DNA of 64,000 nucleotides from Tricharina praecox (Eukaryota): NCBI RefSeq assembly GCF_024521635.1, contig NW_026250413.1, positions 62,001 to 126,000 of the forward strand, read 5' to 3'. Shown piece by piece: positions 1 to 10,296 of this stretch (position 1 is its first letter; each line of letters starts with the position of its first letter). The notes under the pieces were generated by a model. It saw only the letters and a program-made list of their open reading frames with translations, ran no database searches and was not told where the DNA came from. The position numbers and the translations under genes were made by a program.

Positions 1-164
1 ATCCTTCCATCTCACGCTGCGATACCTATATGATATGATAAGGTCAAATGCTATGATGATTAAACAAAACAAAAAGCTGCGATATATGTCACCTGCTTCG
101 ACGCTCCGAGACACTGGCCTCTGAAAAGGGGATGTGCTCTCGAAGAAGCGGAGTACGTACTTTC

Positions 165-425
165 GATACCTAGGCCGACCCGAGAATACCTAACACACTG
201 CAGGAATTGCACCGGACACTGTACTTTGTTCTTCACCCGCCCTCTTCCTCTGCGCGGTGTGTTCATCACTTCTCGGTGCCAAGGGCCCAGGCGGAGGGCG
301 CCGCGGGAGACGTACGGGCTTAAGTCCACACCGAGCCTGCTGCCTGGAGTCTGGACTGTAGACAGTAGCTTCGGAGAAAGGTCGCGCAGCCGAGCCAGGG
401 TGGAGAGTCAAAAGCCTCGGTATTT
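165..425 (+). repeat. Dispersed ~260-bp repeat, copy 1 (inverted copy at ~19917-20163)
   Basis: Its reverse complement aligns by eye with 19917-20163 (e.g. gcaccgagaagtgatgaac, cgggtgaagaacaaagt(a/g)cagtgtccg, accgaggcttt(t/c)gactctccac). Confidence 0.85.
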
Positions 426-427
426 AG

Positions 428-545
428 AGAGAGAGAGAGAGAGAGATCTTCCTGTTTTATTTTGCATGCAGCCTATCTAGACTATGGCGAACCGACGAAC
501 TTCTTTCCCTACCCTCCGCCCCCGGCCTGTCCCAGAAATGTAGAT
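428..545 (+). mobile_element. Terminal segment of a long-TIR repeat family (left-end orientation)
   Basis: (GA)n-tcttcctgttttattttgcatgcagcctatctagactatggcgaa is the reverse complement of 4736-4796. 502-545 (ctttccctaccctccgcccccggcctgtcccagaaatgtagata) matches the reverse complement of ~40585-40628. Confidence 0.7.
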
Positions 546-1285
546 ATACTGTAAAGACTGAAATGGGCCTGCATGTCCACCTCTTCCCCACCTCTCCTCT
601 CTCCCCTACGGGCTGACTCGCCCACTCTTCCCACCTGCCTTCCGTCCCTTCTATTGAAGGTTTTCCGAATCCTTTATATGAGTCTGGCGTGCCTTTTGCG
701 GCCTGGAGTCCCTGTTCCCGCCAATGAAGACGGTTAGCCAGACCCCGCCCCTGCCGCTAACTTTATCAGCCCTCGCTGGGACGCTTCCCTCTCTTCCAAG
801 TCCCGTCCCTCTTTTCTCCGCTTTCCTTTTCCGCTTCCTCTCAAACAAATGGCCACACGTTTCTGTGATTGGGGAGAAGATCTCTTGGCGCGAGTGATCC
901 AGAGTGAGGCGTCGGTAGGTACCACCGTCGGTCCGCAGGGAGCAGACAATGATGGCGATTTGCAGCAGCCTCGGTTTCAGGCCTCTGGAGTTTTTTTTAG
1001 AAACAACTCGAAAAATAAAAGACAGATTCACCTGATGCCTGCACAGGCACATCCTCGGAATGAGTGATTTTCGGGCGACCCGCGGCTCGTATCCCATCTG
1101 CCCGCTTCGGTCACGGGTAGCCACTCTCGGCAAGCCGCAGTTACGCCCATACGCACACGCACCAACCCGAGTGGGCAGAAACAACATAATATGTACTAAG
1201 AAAACCAAGAAAGGTCAGATCCAGTTAAAAGACCTCCGTCTCCGCCCCCACCGTCCCCTCCAGCTATCCATCCACCGTACGTGCA

Positions 1286-3105
1286 ATGTTTGACTGGAAG
1301 ATCATCATCACTGCTGTTGTGCTCTACAACGTCCTCGTCGCCATCCGTCGGATATGGTTCCACCCGCTCGCTCGAGTTCCCGGGCCAAAGATTGCCGCCG
1401 CGACGTATCTCTACCATGCGTACTGGAAGGTCTGGCGAGATGGAAGGTTCCTGTCGCAGCTCCCTGAGATGCACAAGAAATAAGGTATGCCGCCGTGTTC
1501 TGTTTGTTACCGATGTGGACGGCTAAGTCACGTGGTTTGAAGGTCCGGTGATGAGGATAAGTCCCACCGAGGTGCAGATCAACGAGCCGGAACTGTACCA
1601 TATGTATGTGTTGCGTGAACCCTCTTCCGCAATGGTGGGCGGGGCTGACCGCCGACAATGCACAGCGTCAACCGTCTTCGTTCGCCCTACAGGAAAGATC
1701 CGGTAGTGTATTCGTGTCTCGGGCTCCCGCACGCTACCGCCTTCGTCATCGACCATGAACGTCAGAAGCGTGGCCGGGAGATGTTGCACCCGATGTTTCC
1801 GAAGCGGGCAATCAACGATGCGACGGGTCTCATAAATTCCATGGTGGAGAAGCTCTGTGTGCTGATGGAGAGGTTCGCGGACGAAAAGAAACCCGTGCCG
1901 ATTGCAAATGCATTCTGCTGCGTGGTGAACATCATCTCGGCGTACTCGTTCGGCAAGCCTTGGGGAATGCTGGATGAGCCGGGCTTCGACAGTCCCTGGG
2001 TCGAAAGCGTGCTTTCCATCACCGACGGCTTTGCTCTCGGCGTGCATTTCCCGCCCGTCCAAGCTGCAGTAAAGCTTATGGCGAGGATCATGCCGAACGT
2101 CATGCCGTTTGCATATTCGCGAATGATGCAGGCGTGTATCTTCCCTTCCACCCATCATTCTTCCAGCTGACCCCGCCCATCCAGACCTGCGAGCAACTAG
2201 TCCGTAGCGCGCTTTCCGCCGACGCCGCGCGCCAATCCGCCGGGCTCGCACCTCCCGAAACGCCCCGAACCGTCTACGACGCACTATTGCACTCCCCCAA
2301 GGGCCACGTCCGGCCCCCCTACGAAACCCTGGTCAACTAATCCGCCTCCCTGATGAGCGCCGGCACCGACACGGGCGCGCACCTGCTGCAGTACAGCACG
2401 TGGAACTTCCTGACCAAGTCTGCCGCCGTCCGAGCACGGATCCTATCCGAGCTCTCCACCGTCGTGCGCGACGAGAACGGCCGACTGCCGATGAACCAGC
2501 TGGAGGCGCTGCCGTATCTCAACGGGTTCATACGGGAAACGCTGCGGATGAATACTTCGGCGCCTACGCGGCTCCCGCGTGTCGTGCCACGCGAGGGATT
2601 GATGTGTCTGGAGTCTAGGGTGTTTCTGCCGGCCGGCACGGTCGTGGCGTTCTCGATCGATATGTTGCATAAGGATCCCAGGTGCTTTGAGGATCCGCTG
2701 GAGTTCAGGCCCGAAAGGTGGATGGGCGAGTGCGGGAAGGAGCTCGATACCTGGTTGCTTTCGTTCGGGAAGGGGGATAGCCAATGCGTGGGGATCAAGT
2801 GAGTGTCCACCGCCGCCGCCGCGAGAGCCACACACACACATACATACCTACTCACTGCGCGTGACTGCACCGTCTACATAGCTTGGCATAGACAGAGGGG
2901 CTGCTCGTGCTAGGGAACCTCTGGACCCGGTTCGATCTGGAGCTTTTCGAGACGACCGAAGACGACATGGCGTGGTGAGTCCCACTCCGCTACATAGTTA
3001 CCCGATCCGGCTGCGGAATTTTAACGCCTTCGCTCAAGGGTCGATCATGGGGTAGCACGGCTCAAGGGACGGATGCAGGTGCTGGCGAAGAGGAAGTCCG
3101 AGTGA
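1286..3105 (+). pseudogene. Cytochrome P450, 6 exons, full length (~500 codons) with three in-frame stops
   Basis: Exons 1286-1484, 1543-1603, 1666-2131, 2185-2798, 2882-2974, 3039-3105 join in frame (1500 nt). Motifs: N-terminal membrane anchor + HPLARVPGPK, GPVMRISPTEV, I-helix AGTDT, ETLR, PERW, heme loop FGKGDSQCVG. Stops: TAA 1481-1483, TAA 2338-2340, TAG 2889-2891. Confidence 0.9.
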
Positions 3106-4026
3106 TACGGTGTGCGATCCGGGAATGTCTTGTTTATGCTTTGTGAATGCTTTGGCTACGTTCTAGAATGCTGATATGCACTCTGCCTTGAAGGGCGTCG
3201 GCTGAGTAAGGGGCCAGTGGGGTGATTTCTAGTTGGGTGTCCCGTTGCCGTGCACAACTCCAAGTCGGTGGCTTTCCGCCTTTTGGTCGTAGTTGATGTG
3301 AGGTTCAAGGCCACGACGGCTGTTGCGCATAAGCATCAATGCCTATAGCTCCCGGAGTGAAGCTTATCCCTTTCCGGTGTGTGCTGTGCCTTCGCACGTT
3401 GGAGTTGCTTTGTTTTGTAGCCGTTTATCTGAGATACCTCAACTCGTGGCTTGTAGACCGACAACTTGCATGCATCGGTCGCTTTGCGTCCCCACTCCTG
3501 TCACGACCGACGCCGAGCGGCATGGGGGCAGTTCTGGTGACGCGGAATGCAGTTTCGGATTTCAAGGGCGAATTAACTTTGGGCTGCCCCAAATTCTTGC
3601 CATTGAGCTGTTGCCTGAGCTTCCGCGTGCCGAGCTGCGTTCCCATAGTCTGCGTTCCTTCCATTCCTTTGCTCCCTCATTTCTGACTGTGGTGGCGGCT
3701 GACACTGCTCTATTGATTACACACAGATCGCTGTTGGAGACTGTGGTTCGTCGCTCAACCATGTGATGGTCATTTGAAGGTCAGAGACCGATATCGCAAT
3801 TCAATGCATCACGGCTCACACACAGCACGGCTTGGAGCGAGGGGAGGGCGCTACATAAAAGCACCCCGTCCGCCCTCTTCGTATCCATCCCACCATCATC
3901 TACACGATAACTCACTCCCTCACCGACCAATCAACCGAAACCATCATCACACATTCACGACTCCGTCTCTCCCACGACGCACACACAATCCCACGACCCC
4001 ATCCCACCACGACTTCACAAAACACA

Positions 4027-4398
4027 ATGCACTTCCTCGCCCTCCTCCTGCCACTGATCCTTGGCAGCACCACTTTCGCGATCACCTGCAAGTCCAACTG
4101 CGCGCCGCCTCCGAACAGCGTCGCATGTGCGGAAGCGAGCCGCAACGCTTTGCTGCGCCGGTACAACTGCCTCAACTTCCCGGACTCGACGTTCCTGTAC
4201 AAGGGCGGGCGCACGGTCGTCAACGCGGCGGGAACCAGCTGCAGCGCGAGGATCCGCGGCTCAGATCTCCAGACCTATGTCGGATGCGAGGAGCTGAGTA
4301 ATCGGCTTAATGGTATCATTAATACGTGCATTCGCAACGGGAACGGGGGTGGGTGGGATGAGGCGGCGAACTGGGGGTGGGGGGTTAGGACTTGTTGA
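4027..4398 (+). CDS. Small secreted cysteine-rich protein (123 aa, 8 Cys), effector/toxin-like
   Basis: Hydrophobic signal peptide MHFLALLLPLILGSTTFA, 8 Cys, coding-like codon usage, acacaATG start context, TATA-like tacataaaa near 3852. Confidence 0.85.
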   Translation: MHFLALLLPLILGSTTFAITCKSNCAPPPNSVACAEASRNALLRRYNCLNFPDSTFLYKGGRTVVNAAGTSCSARIRGSDLQTYVGCEELSNRLNGIINTCIRNGNGGGWDEAANWGWGVRTC

Positions 4399-4735
4399 AC
4401 TTGTTGAGTTTATGGGTGGCGGGAATTTGTACTGTACTTCTAGGAGGTGGGGGATGTTTGTTTCTTGTTCACGGGGTCTGTTTGTTTCTTGTTCGGGGGG
4501 GACTATCTGAGTGGTGGGGATGAGGGGTAGGAGGGGGGAAACAGCGGGTCCGTTCAGAATGCAAACACAATAGCATAAACAAATACATCCTTTCGCGCGA
4601 ATGCGGTAGAGTCCTTGTGATACCGGGTGATCAAAACTAGTGGTGTCTGGTGAACCGTGAACCCACTCGAACTTACTCGAACCCACTCGAACTCACCAGC
4701 CCTCCACCCCCACCATCCACACTTCCTCATGAATC

Positions 4736-4796
4736 TTCGCCATAGTCTAGATAGGCTGCATGCGAAATAAAACAGGAAGTTCTATCTCTCTCCCTC
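4736..4796 (-). mobile_element. Terminal segment of the long-TIR repeat family (right-end orientation)
   Basis: ttcgccatagtctagataggctgcatgcgaaataaaacaggaag...tctctctc is a near-perfect inverted match to 428-491. Confidence 0.75.
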
Positions 4797-5239
4797 ATGA
4801 ATCATGATCCATCACAATATCGACCCACCACCAGAGTCCAGTATCCACCCCCTCATATGCATCCTCCAGTTGTTGAATACCTCGTTTCATGTTTCATCCC
4901 CATTACATCCACGTCCCCATCGACATTACATTCCCATGCGCCGCGCATAAGCGTAGGGGGCCGCTTCACGAAACTAAGTATGATATGATACCGTGGTCCG
5001 TGGGTGATAAGAATGTATGCGTGCAGTTACAGTTACAGACTTGTATTTGCATTTGCATTCGCGGGCTTCGGCCCGTTGTTCGCGGATGCATCTTGCGTGG
5101 AAAGGAAAGGTAGGCACGTAGGAATTCGAGGAGTAGAAGAGTCGAACTGCTTGCCGTGGCCTGGGGGTAAATGAAACGTCCCAGGGGGAGAGGAATGTTA
5201 TGCATAGCATATGCTCCGTGGACCGTGGGAGGGCGCCAT

Positions 5240-5340
5240 CGATGGATCACGGCGGTTATCCGTGAACGGGATTCGGCTCACCCCCCCGGTAACAGGTAAC
5301 CAGGTATCCGCGAATCCGCGATAACCGCCGGGATCCAACG
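5240..5340. repeat. ~100-bp imperfect inverted repeat (hairpin)
   Basis: cgatggatcacggcggttatc ... gataaccgccgggatccaacg, with an inner pair ggattcg/cgaatcc. Confidence 0.65.
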
Positions 5341-8095
5341 TCGCATACCTAACTCTACCACCAATCGCACGGTTAATTCTTGAAACGGTCCCGAGGATTC
5401 AATGCGGCACGGGAGACCGGCTGTGGAGTCTCGCCTGGAGCTTTCTAGGAGCGTGTCGATGGGCTAGGTGGCCAGGAGATTTAAATTTTGGCTGAGTCCG
5501 AGTCAGATCGAGCCTTCGAGGCCGCCGAACGTACCGCGGCGCAGCAGGCCGGCTGGGGTCCTGCGGAGGACCAGCTACCTCTAAAGACTAGAAGCAACTA
5601 ACACGTGCCTCGTGGACAACCGGACAGCCGGACAGCCAGCCAGCCAGTTCAGAGATCGTGTAGGTATGTACGAGCAATTGGAGGGCCGAGGCCGTGATGA
5701 TCGCTGATTTGAACTGCCGCCGAAATCGAGGGTCGCAGACTCGCAAGAACTTGGTTCGGCGCATTCCATCTTCACAGCAGACCTGCGGTTGACTTCGAAG
5801 TTCGAACCGGCATTTGATCTCGACCAGCCTGGCCAGAGAAACTGCCAATGCCAATGTCGGCGTTCATCATTTGTGCCCTCTCACGAGTCACCCTGGTCCA
5901 TCCTTCGTCCAGACTCCAATGCAATGCGCGAGAAGAGATCAATGCAGCATCCACCCACCAGCCAGTCAGCTTCGCCACCGTGATGCGTGATGCGTGATGC
6001 GTGGAGCAACAGGGAAGTTTTCAGAAGGGAGATTGTGAAATATGCCAAGATCGATAGGAGGATAGGACGATAGGTAGGTAGGAAGATGTAACCGTTTTTT
6101 TGCTTGCTTGCTTTTTCTTCTCCGGGCCCGTTGCGGCGTTGCCCCTCTATATATGCAGAACATATCTGCCATTGGGAGATAGACCCGCCGGCGATATCAA
6201 TCACCAGACATCAGAAAGACAGTTTGCATCATCGCATGACCGAGTCCTTGACTCGACTCCTTCAAACAGTGCTCCTTGAAACTTTAAACATCACCGTTGC
6301 TTGCGCCTTACAGCTGACAGGAGGAGATCCTTCATGTGCATTGTGCTTCGGACGCCGAAATCTGACACTGACAGAGATGGTACATATGGCCTGCTTCCGC
6401 TTTGCGTGCGCGGCAGTGGGATCCGCCCAGTGGCGATGGAAGCTGCTGGGCGAAACCAACCCAACCCTATCGTAAGCAAGGGGTATAGTCAGTGGCGGGT
6501 CTTCACGATGCAACGCCAGTCCCCACTTCCGACTCCCGATGACGCGAAAGTTGAAACCGCGCCAGGCTCTGGTTATCGAGATAGGTAGCCGCGCGCCTCC
6601 CCACAGCGCAAAATCGACTTCCCGACGCTCGTTTTCATGCTTCTGCTTGAGAGCGCATGTCAATCGCTTCCAACGCGCTTCCTGGATGGGCAGAATGATT
6701 AAATGACTATCTAGCCGACATATCTCCTCACTGATATATCCAGTCAAGTACAAAAACGAAAAAAACTCCTGTTGGAAAAGCCACGAATCATGACACCCAG
6801 GGTGGGACCGATTCCTCCGCACGCTCCATCAATTATTGAACCTCCCCAGTGGGTGTGTAATTGTTGATATTACGCGTCTTATTGCCTTTCCGGTGGCACT
6901 GCTACTTTTCACTGCCTTCATGGCCTTCGTGGCTGCTTACCGTAGGATTGTCCCTAGCTTTTCACCAGAACCAGCCTCTTTAGAGTGGCTAAGCCTTCAA
7001 GCCCCCAGCCCGAGTCCGAGTCCGAGTCCGGCGACGGCTAGGTATCGTCGCATCCTCTCAGCTCCGTGTGAGACCCGGTGCGCATCGCAGGCTTCATCTC
7101 GCTGTTTACACGAGCTCGTTTCCCTTTATAAGCAGTCTCCTTTCCCATCCCATCTTTCCCATCTTTCTCGCATCATTACAAAATCAAGTCAAGTCACGTT
7201 CTTCTGTTTCAACCAACAGTAACCAACTGTTGCGATTCACGTTGAAAAGCCACCGTCCAAGATATTGCACATTTGTCATGTTGGTAATATGCACTCTCGA
7301 GTGCGCCTCGAGTGCGCCTCGAGAATCCTGTTTGTTCTCATGCTTGCTTCTGCGCCTGTCTGGTATGTCTACCTGGCCGTTCGCTGTGTTTTGCGAATGA
7401 ACTAAGTAACTGGAACTCCGAAACACCACACTCATATTCTCGGCAGTCATCGCGGGTACGGGCACGAGTGATATGTAAGGTAAGGTAGCAGACAACGCTG
7501 GACCAACAATCCCCGTAGCCCGTAGGACGTAGCCGTGCATGCCTCGGGCCAGCAAGGAGCAGCGATCGGTTTCCCGGCCAAGTCGCCCGTGTTCGCAGTG
7601 TCTCCCGATAGCCGTCGATCCGCAGGATCCGTTCACCTTAACAGTACCAGCACTCCGTCATCTCAAAACAACAGCCGATGACAACCATCACGGCGTCGGC
7701 GTTCGGTCGATGGATATAGTTACAGTGTTCATCCTCTTTGAGCGAGCGGCGGTTGCGACATCCCTCATCGACTCTCATTCGATGCATATAAGCGCATAAC
7801 CCATTCTCGAATCTCGCCCCGATAAGATGAACTCATGCAATCAATGAGTAAAAAAAAGAAAACATGAACCATCTGGGCTGCAGGCTGGATACCCCGCAGT
7901 GTGCTTCACCGCGGCCCAATCAGGCTGCATCGAATGCATAATCAATTGGCAAAATAGAACACAACCCGAGAGGATACATGTACGAAAATGTGAAACAATA
8001 CAATCGGATTACTACGGTATTACCGAGCAGTCGCCAATCTATATCTCATCTACAACCCACAAACGTAATAGGCACCTCCCCCTACTTGCCTACGC

Positions 8096-8951
8096 CTACC
8101 AGCAATCGAAGAACGGCCCGACCTTCTCGTGTCCCTCCTCGGTGCCCTCTCTATGCTCATCCACCAGTCCATCGAGCATGAGCATGTGCTTCGCGAGATC
8201 CAGCCCCCGCCTCCTCTCCTCCTCGATCCTCTCCCAAGTCCAGTACCCCTCCTCTTTCGAGTTCTTCCCCTGCACCGCCTCCCTCTCGGCATCCTCCTGC
8301 ACCCTATCCACCCTCGTCATGCGCTCCACCACATCCTCCAACCTATTCTCACCCATCCGCCCCTCCTGCAATCCCACGGGCGTATCCACGCCGCTGCTCC
8401 CGCCGCTAGCCTGGACCTCGCCTGTGCCCTCGGGACCCTCGGGGATCAGCCCACTCTCGCGCAGCACGATCTCGGGGGAGACGGTGCGGCGCTTACTCTT
8501 GAAGACGTACTTGCTCAGACAGCTCGCAAAGACCACTCTTTTCCCGTCCTTATCCCTTCCGCCGGTGAAGTGGCTGACTACAAAGATCCACTTATTATCC
8601 CAGCCCAGGATGCGCGACGACACGGTGTACTTCTGGAACGGCTTGATTTCCTTCTTGAACAGTGCGGTGACGCCGGCGAGGGCGACGTACATCAGCGGCT
8701 GGTTGCGCGACTTGCGCAGCGCGAACGACGGCTTCGTCAAGTGGCACACGAGGTGCGTCCGCGCGATGTCCAGGTCAGAGAAGTACGTGCTGTTCGACTT
8801 GTGCCCGTTCAAGTCGCACTCGTAGGTGCTGCTGCGAGATGTTGTCGTGACGGGAGAGAATAGGTGCTGGGGTGACGGCTGCACCCGCCGGTGGAACATG
8901 AAGTGGAAGTAGAGTGAGCGGTAGAAACGGAACTATACTCCCCCGTGTGAG

Positions 8952-9006
<55 letters not shown>

Positions 9007-9216
9007 ACAGCGGGGAATTGTCCCGGGGAAGAGCGGGCGGGCAGGGCGGAGGGCGGAGGGCGGAGGACAGGAACAACTCACGTGCCATGTCAGCGGCAGA
9101 CTCTTGATATTTGCGAGAGCCAGCAGCACGCAAAAGGCCTTGACGGCGGTCCAACCGTAGGTGGATACAGTGTTCATCGCGAAGGACGGGATGACGGTGA
9201 GAAGGGACAACATCAT
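8096..9216 (-). CDS. HotDog-fold thioesterase-like protein (THEM6/4HBT-like), 2 exons, ~323 aa
   Basis: Exon 1 9216-9082 (…LLALANIKSLPLTWH), intron 9081-8933 (GTGAGT…TAG), exon 2 8932-8096 (FRFYRS…ECDLNGHKSNSTYFSDLD…FKKEIKPFQKY…GWDNKW). The start may instead be the ATG at 9177. Confidence 0.85.
8955..9004. repeat. (TC)25 microsatellite inside the thioesterase intron
   Basis: Perfect dinucleotide run. Confidence 0.95.
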
Positions 9217-10296
9217 CGGAGTCAGAGCCGGGCGGCTATTTGAACTCGAGGTGGTGCTGGGCGCGTCGTCGTATGACACGTGGACGTGTGCTGCCTTGCG
9301 TCGCCAAGACAGACGGCCGTTGGTGGTGGTGAGCGAGAGACTGAACTGAACGACCGTTTGACTCGTGAAGGAAAAGAAAAACTCGAAGTATGTAGAGACG
9401 GCAGGCAGGCAGGCAGGTACGGGGAGTTTTTTTAAACCGTGTGCACACACGCTCGTAGGATCTGTGCGAGTACGGGCTGTACCAAGATACCTACGTATTA
9501 CTCTAGTTAGGGGTTATCGGATCAACGGGTCCTTAGTCCTCCGCCGAAACCTGCAGGCCTCATCCTCAACGGTATGCTCGTCTGCTCGTTGCACAGGCAA
9601 AAGGGTACTCTATTCGCAGCTCCCACAGGCTGTACGAGTATGTAATTCCCCGGTTTCTCCCCAGGGGAGGCTGTGGAGTAGATATGTAAGCACTTCCTCC
9701 ATCTGCGATTCGCTGAAGACTCGAAGATTGCTCCGAGCCCGATTCGCCATTACATAGGTTGACTCTGCAGATCACATGCTACCGAGGATCGTCGTCCCAC
9801 AAAAACTGTTGGGAAAATCATTGCCTACATACAGTTCACCCAAGCCTTCGAAGTTCGTATCGCGATTCGCTATGTCCCCGGCCGGAGCTTGGCGGAAGTC
9901 GTTTCGGAGTTTACGGGCATGCGTTTTTTCTCCGAGCCGCATCACCCCGGAGCACTCGCGCCAAAGAAATGTACATTGGACTTCTGGAGATGGAAATGTT
10001 GACGGTATTACGAAATATCGAAGTGCGTAAATGAGAATGATGCGAGATCGAGTCACTCCTTTCGTGCCCCATGCGCGATCCTATTGCAGAGCTGCCATGT
10101 GCCATTGACCACGCCGGCAATGCCCATTCACTCCCCCGTGACTCGTTAATCCAAATCCCAATCTCACATTACCGCCGCCAAACACCAGATACGTCCATAT
10201 GTATATCCCAGGCATCCCAAGCCTCCAAACTATGACAACGGCACATTACCCCCCAAACGCCAGCAGCAGCATCAGCAACAGCAGCAAACACATGTA

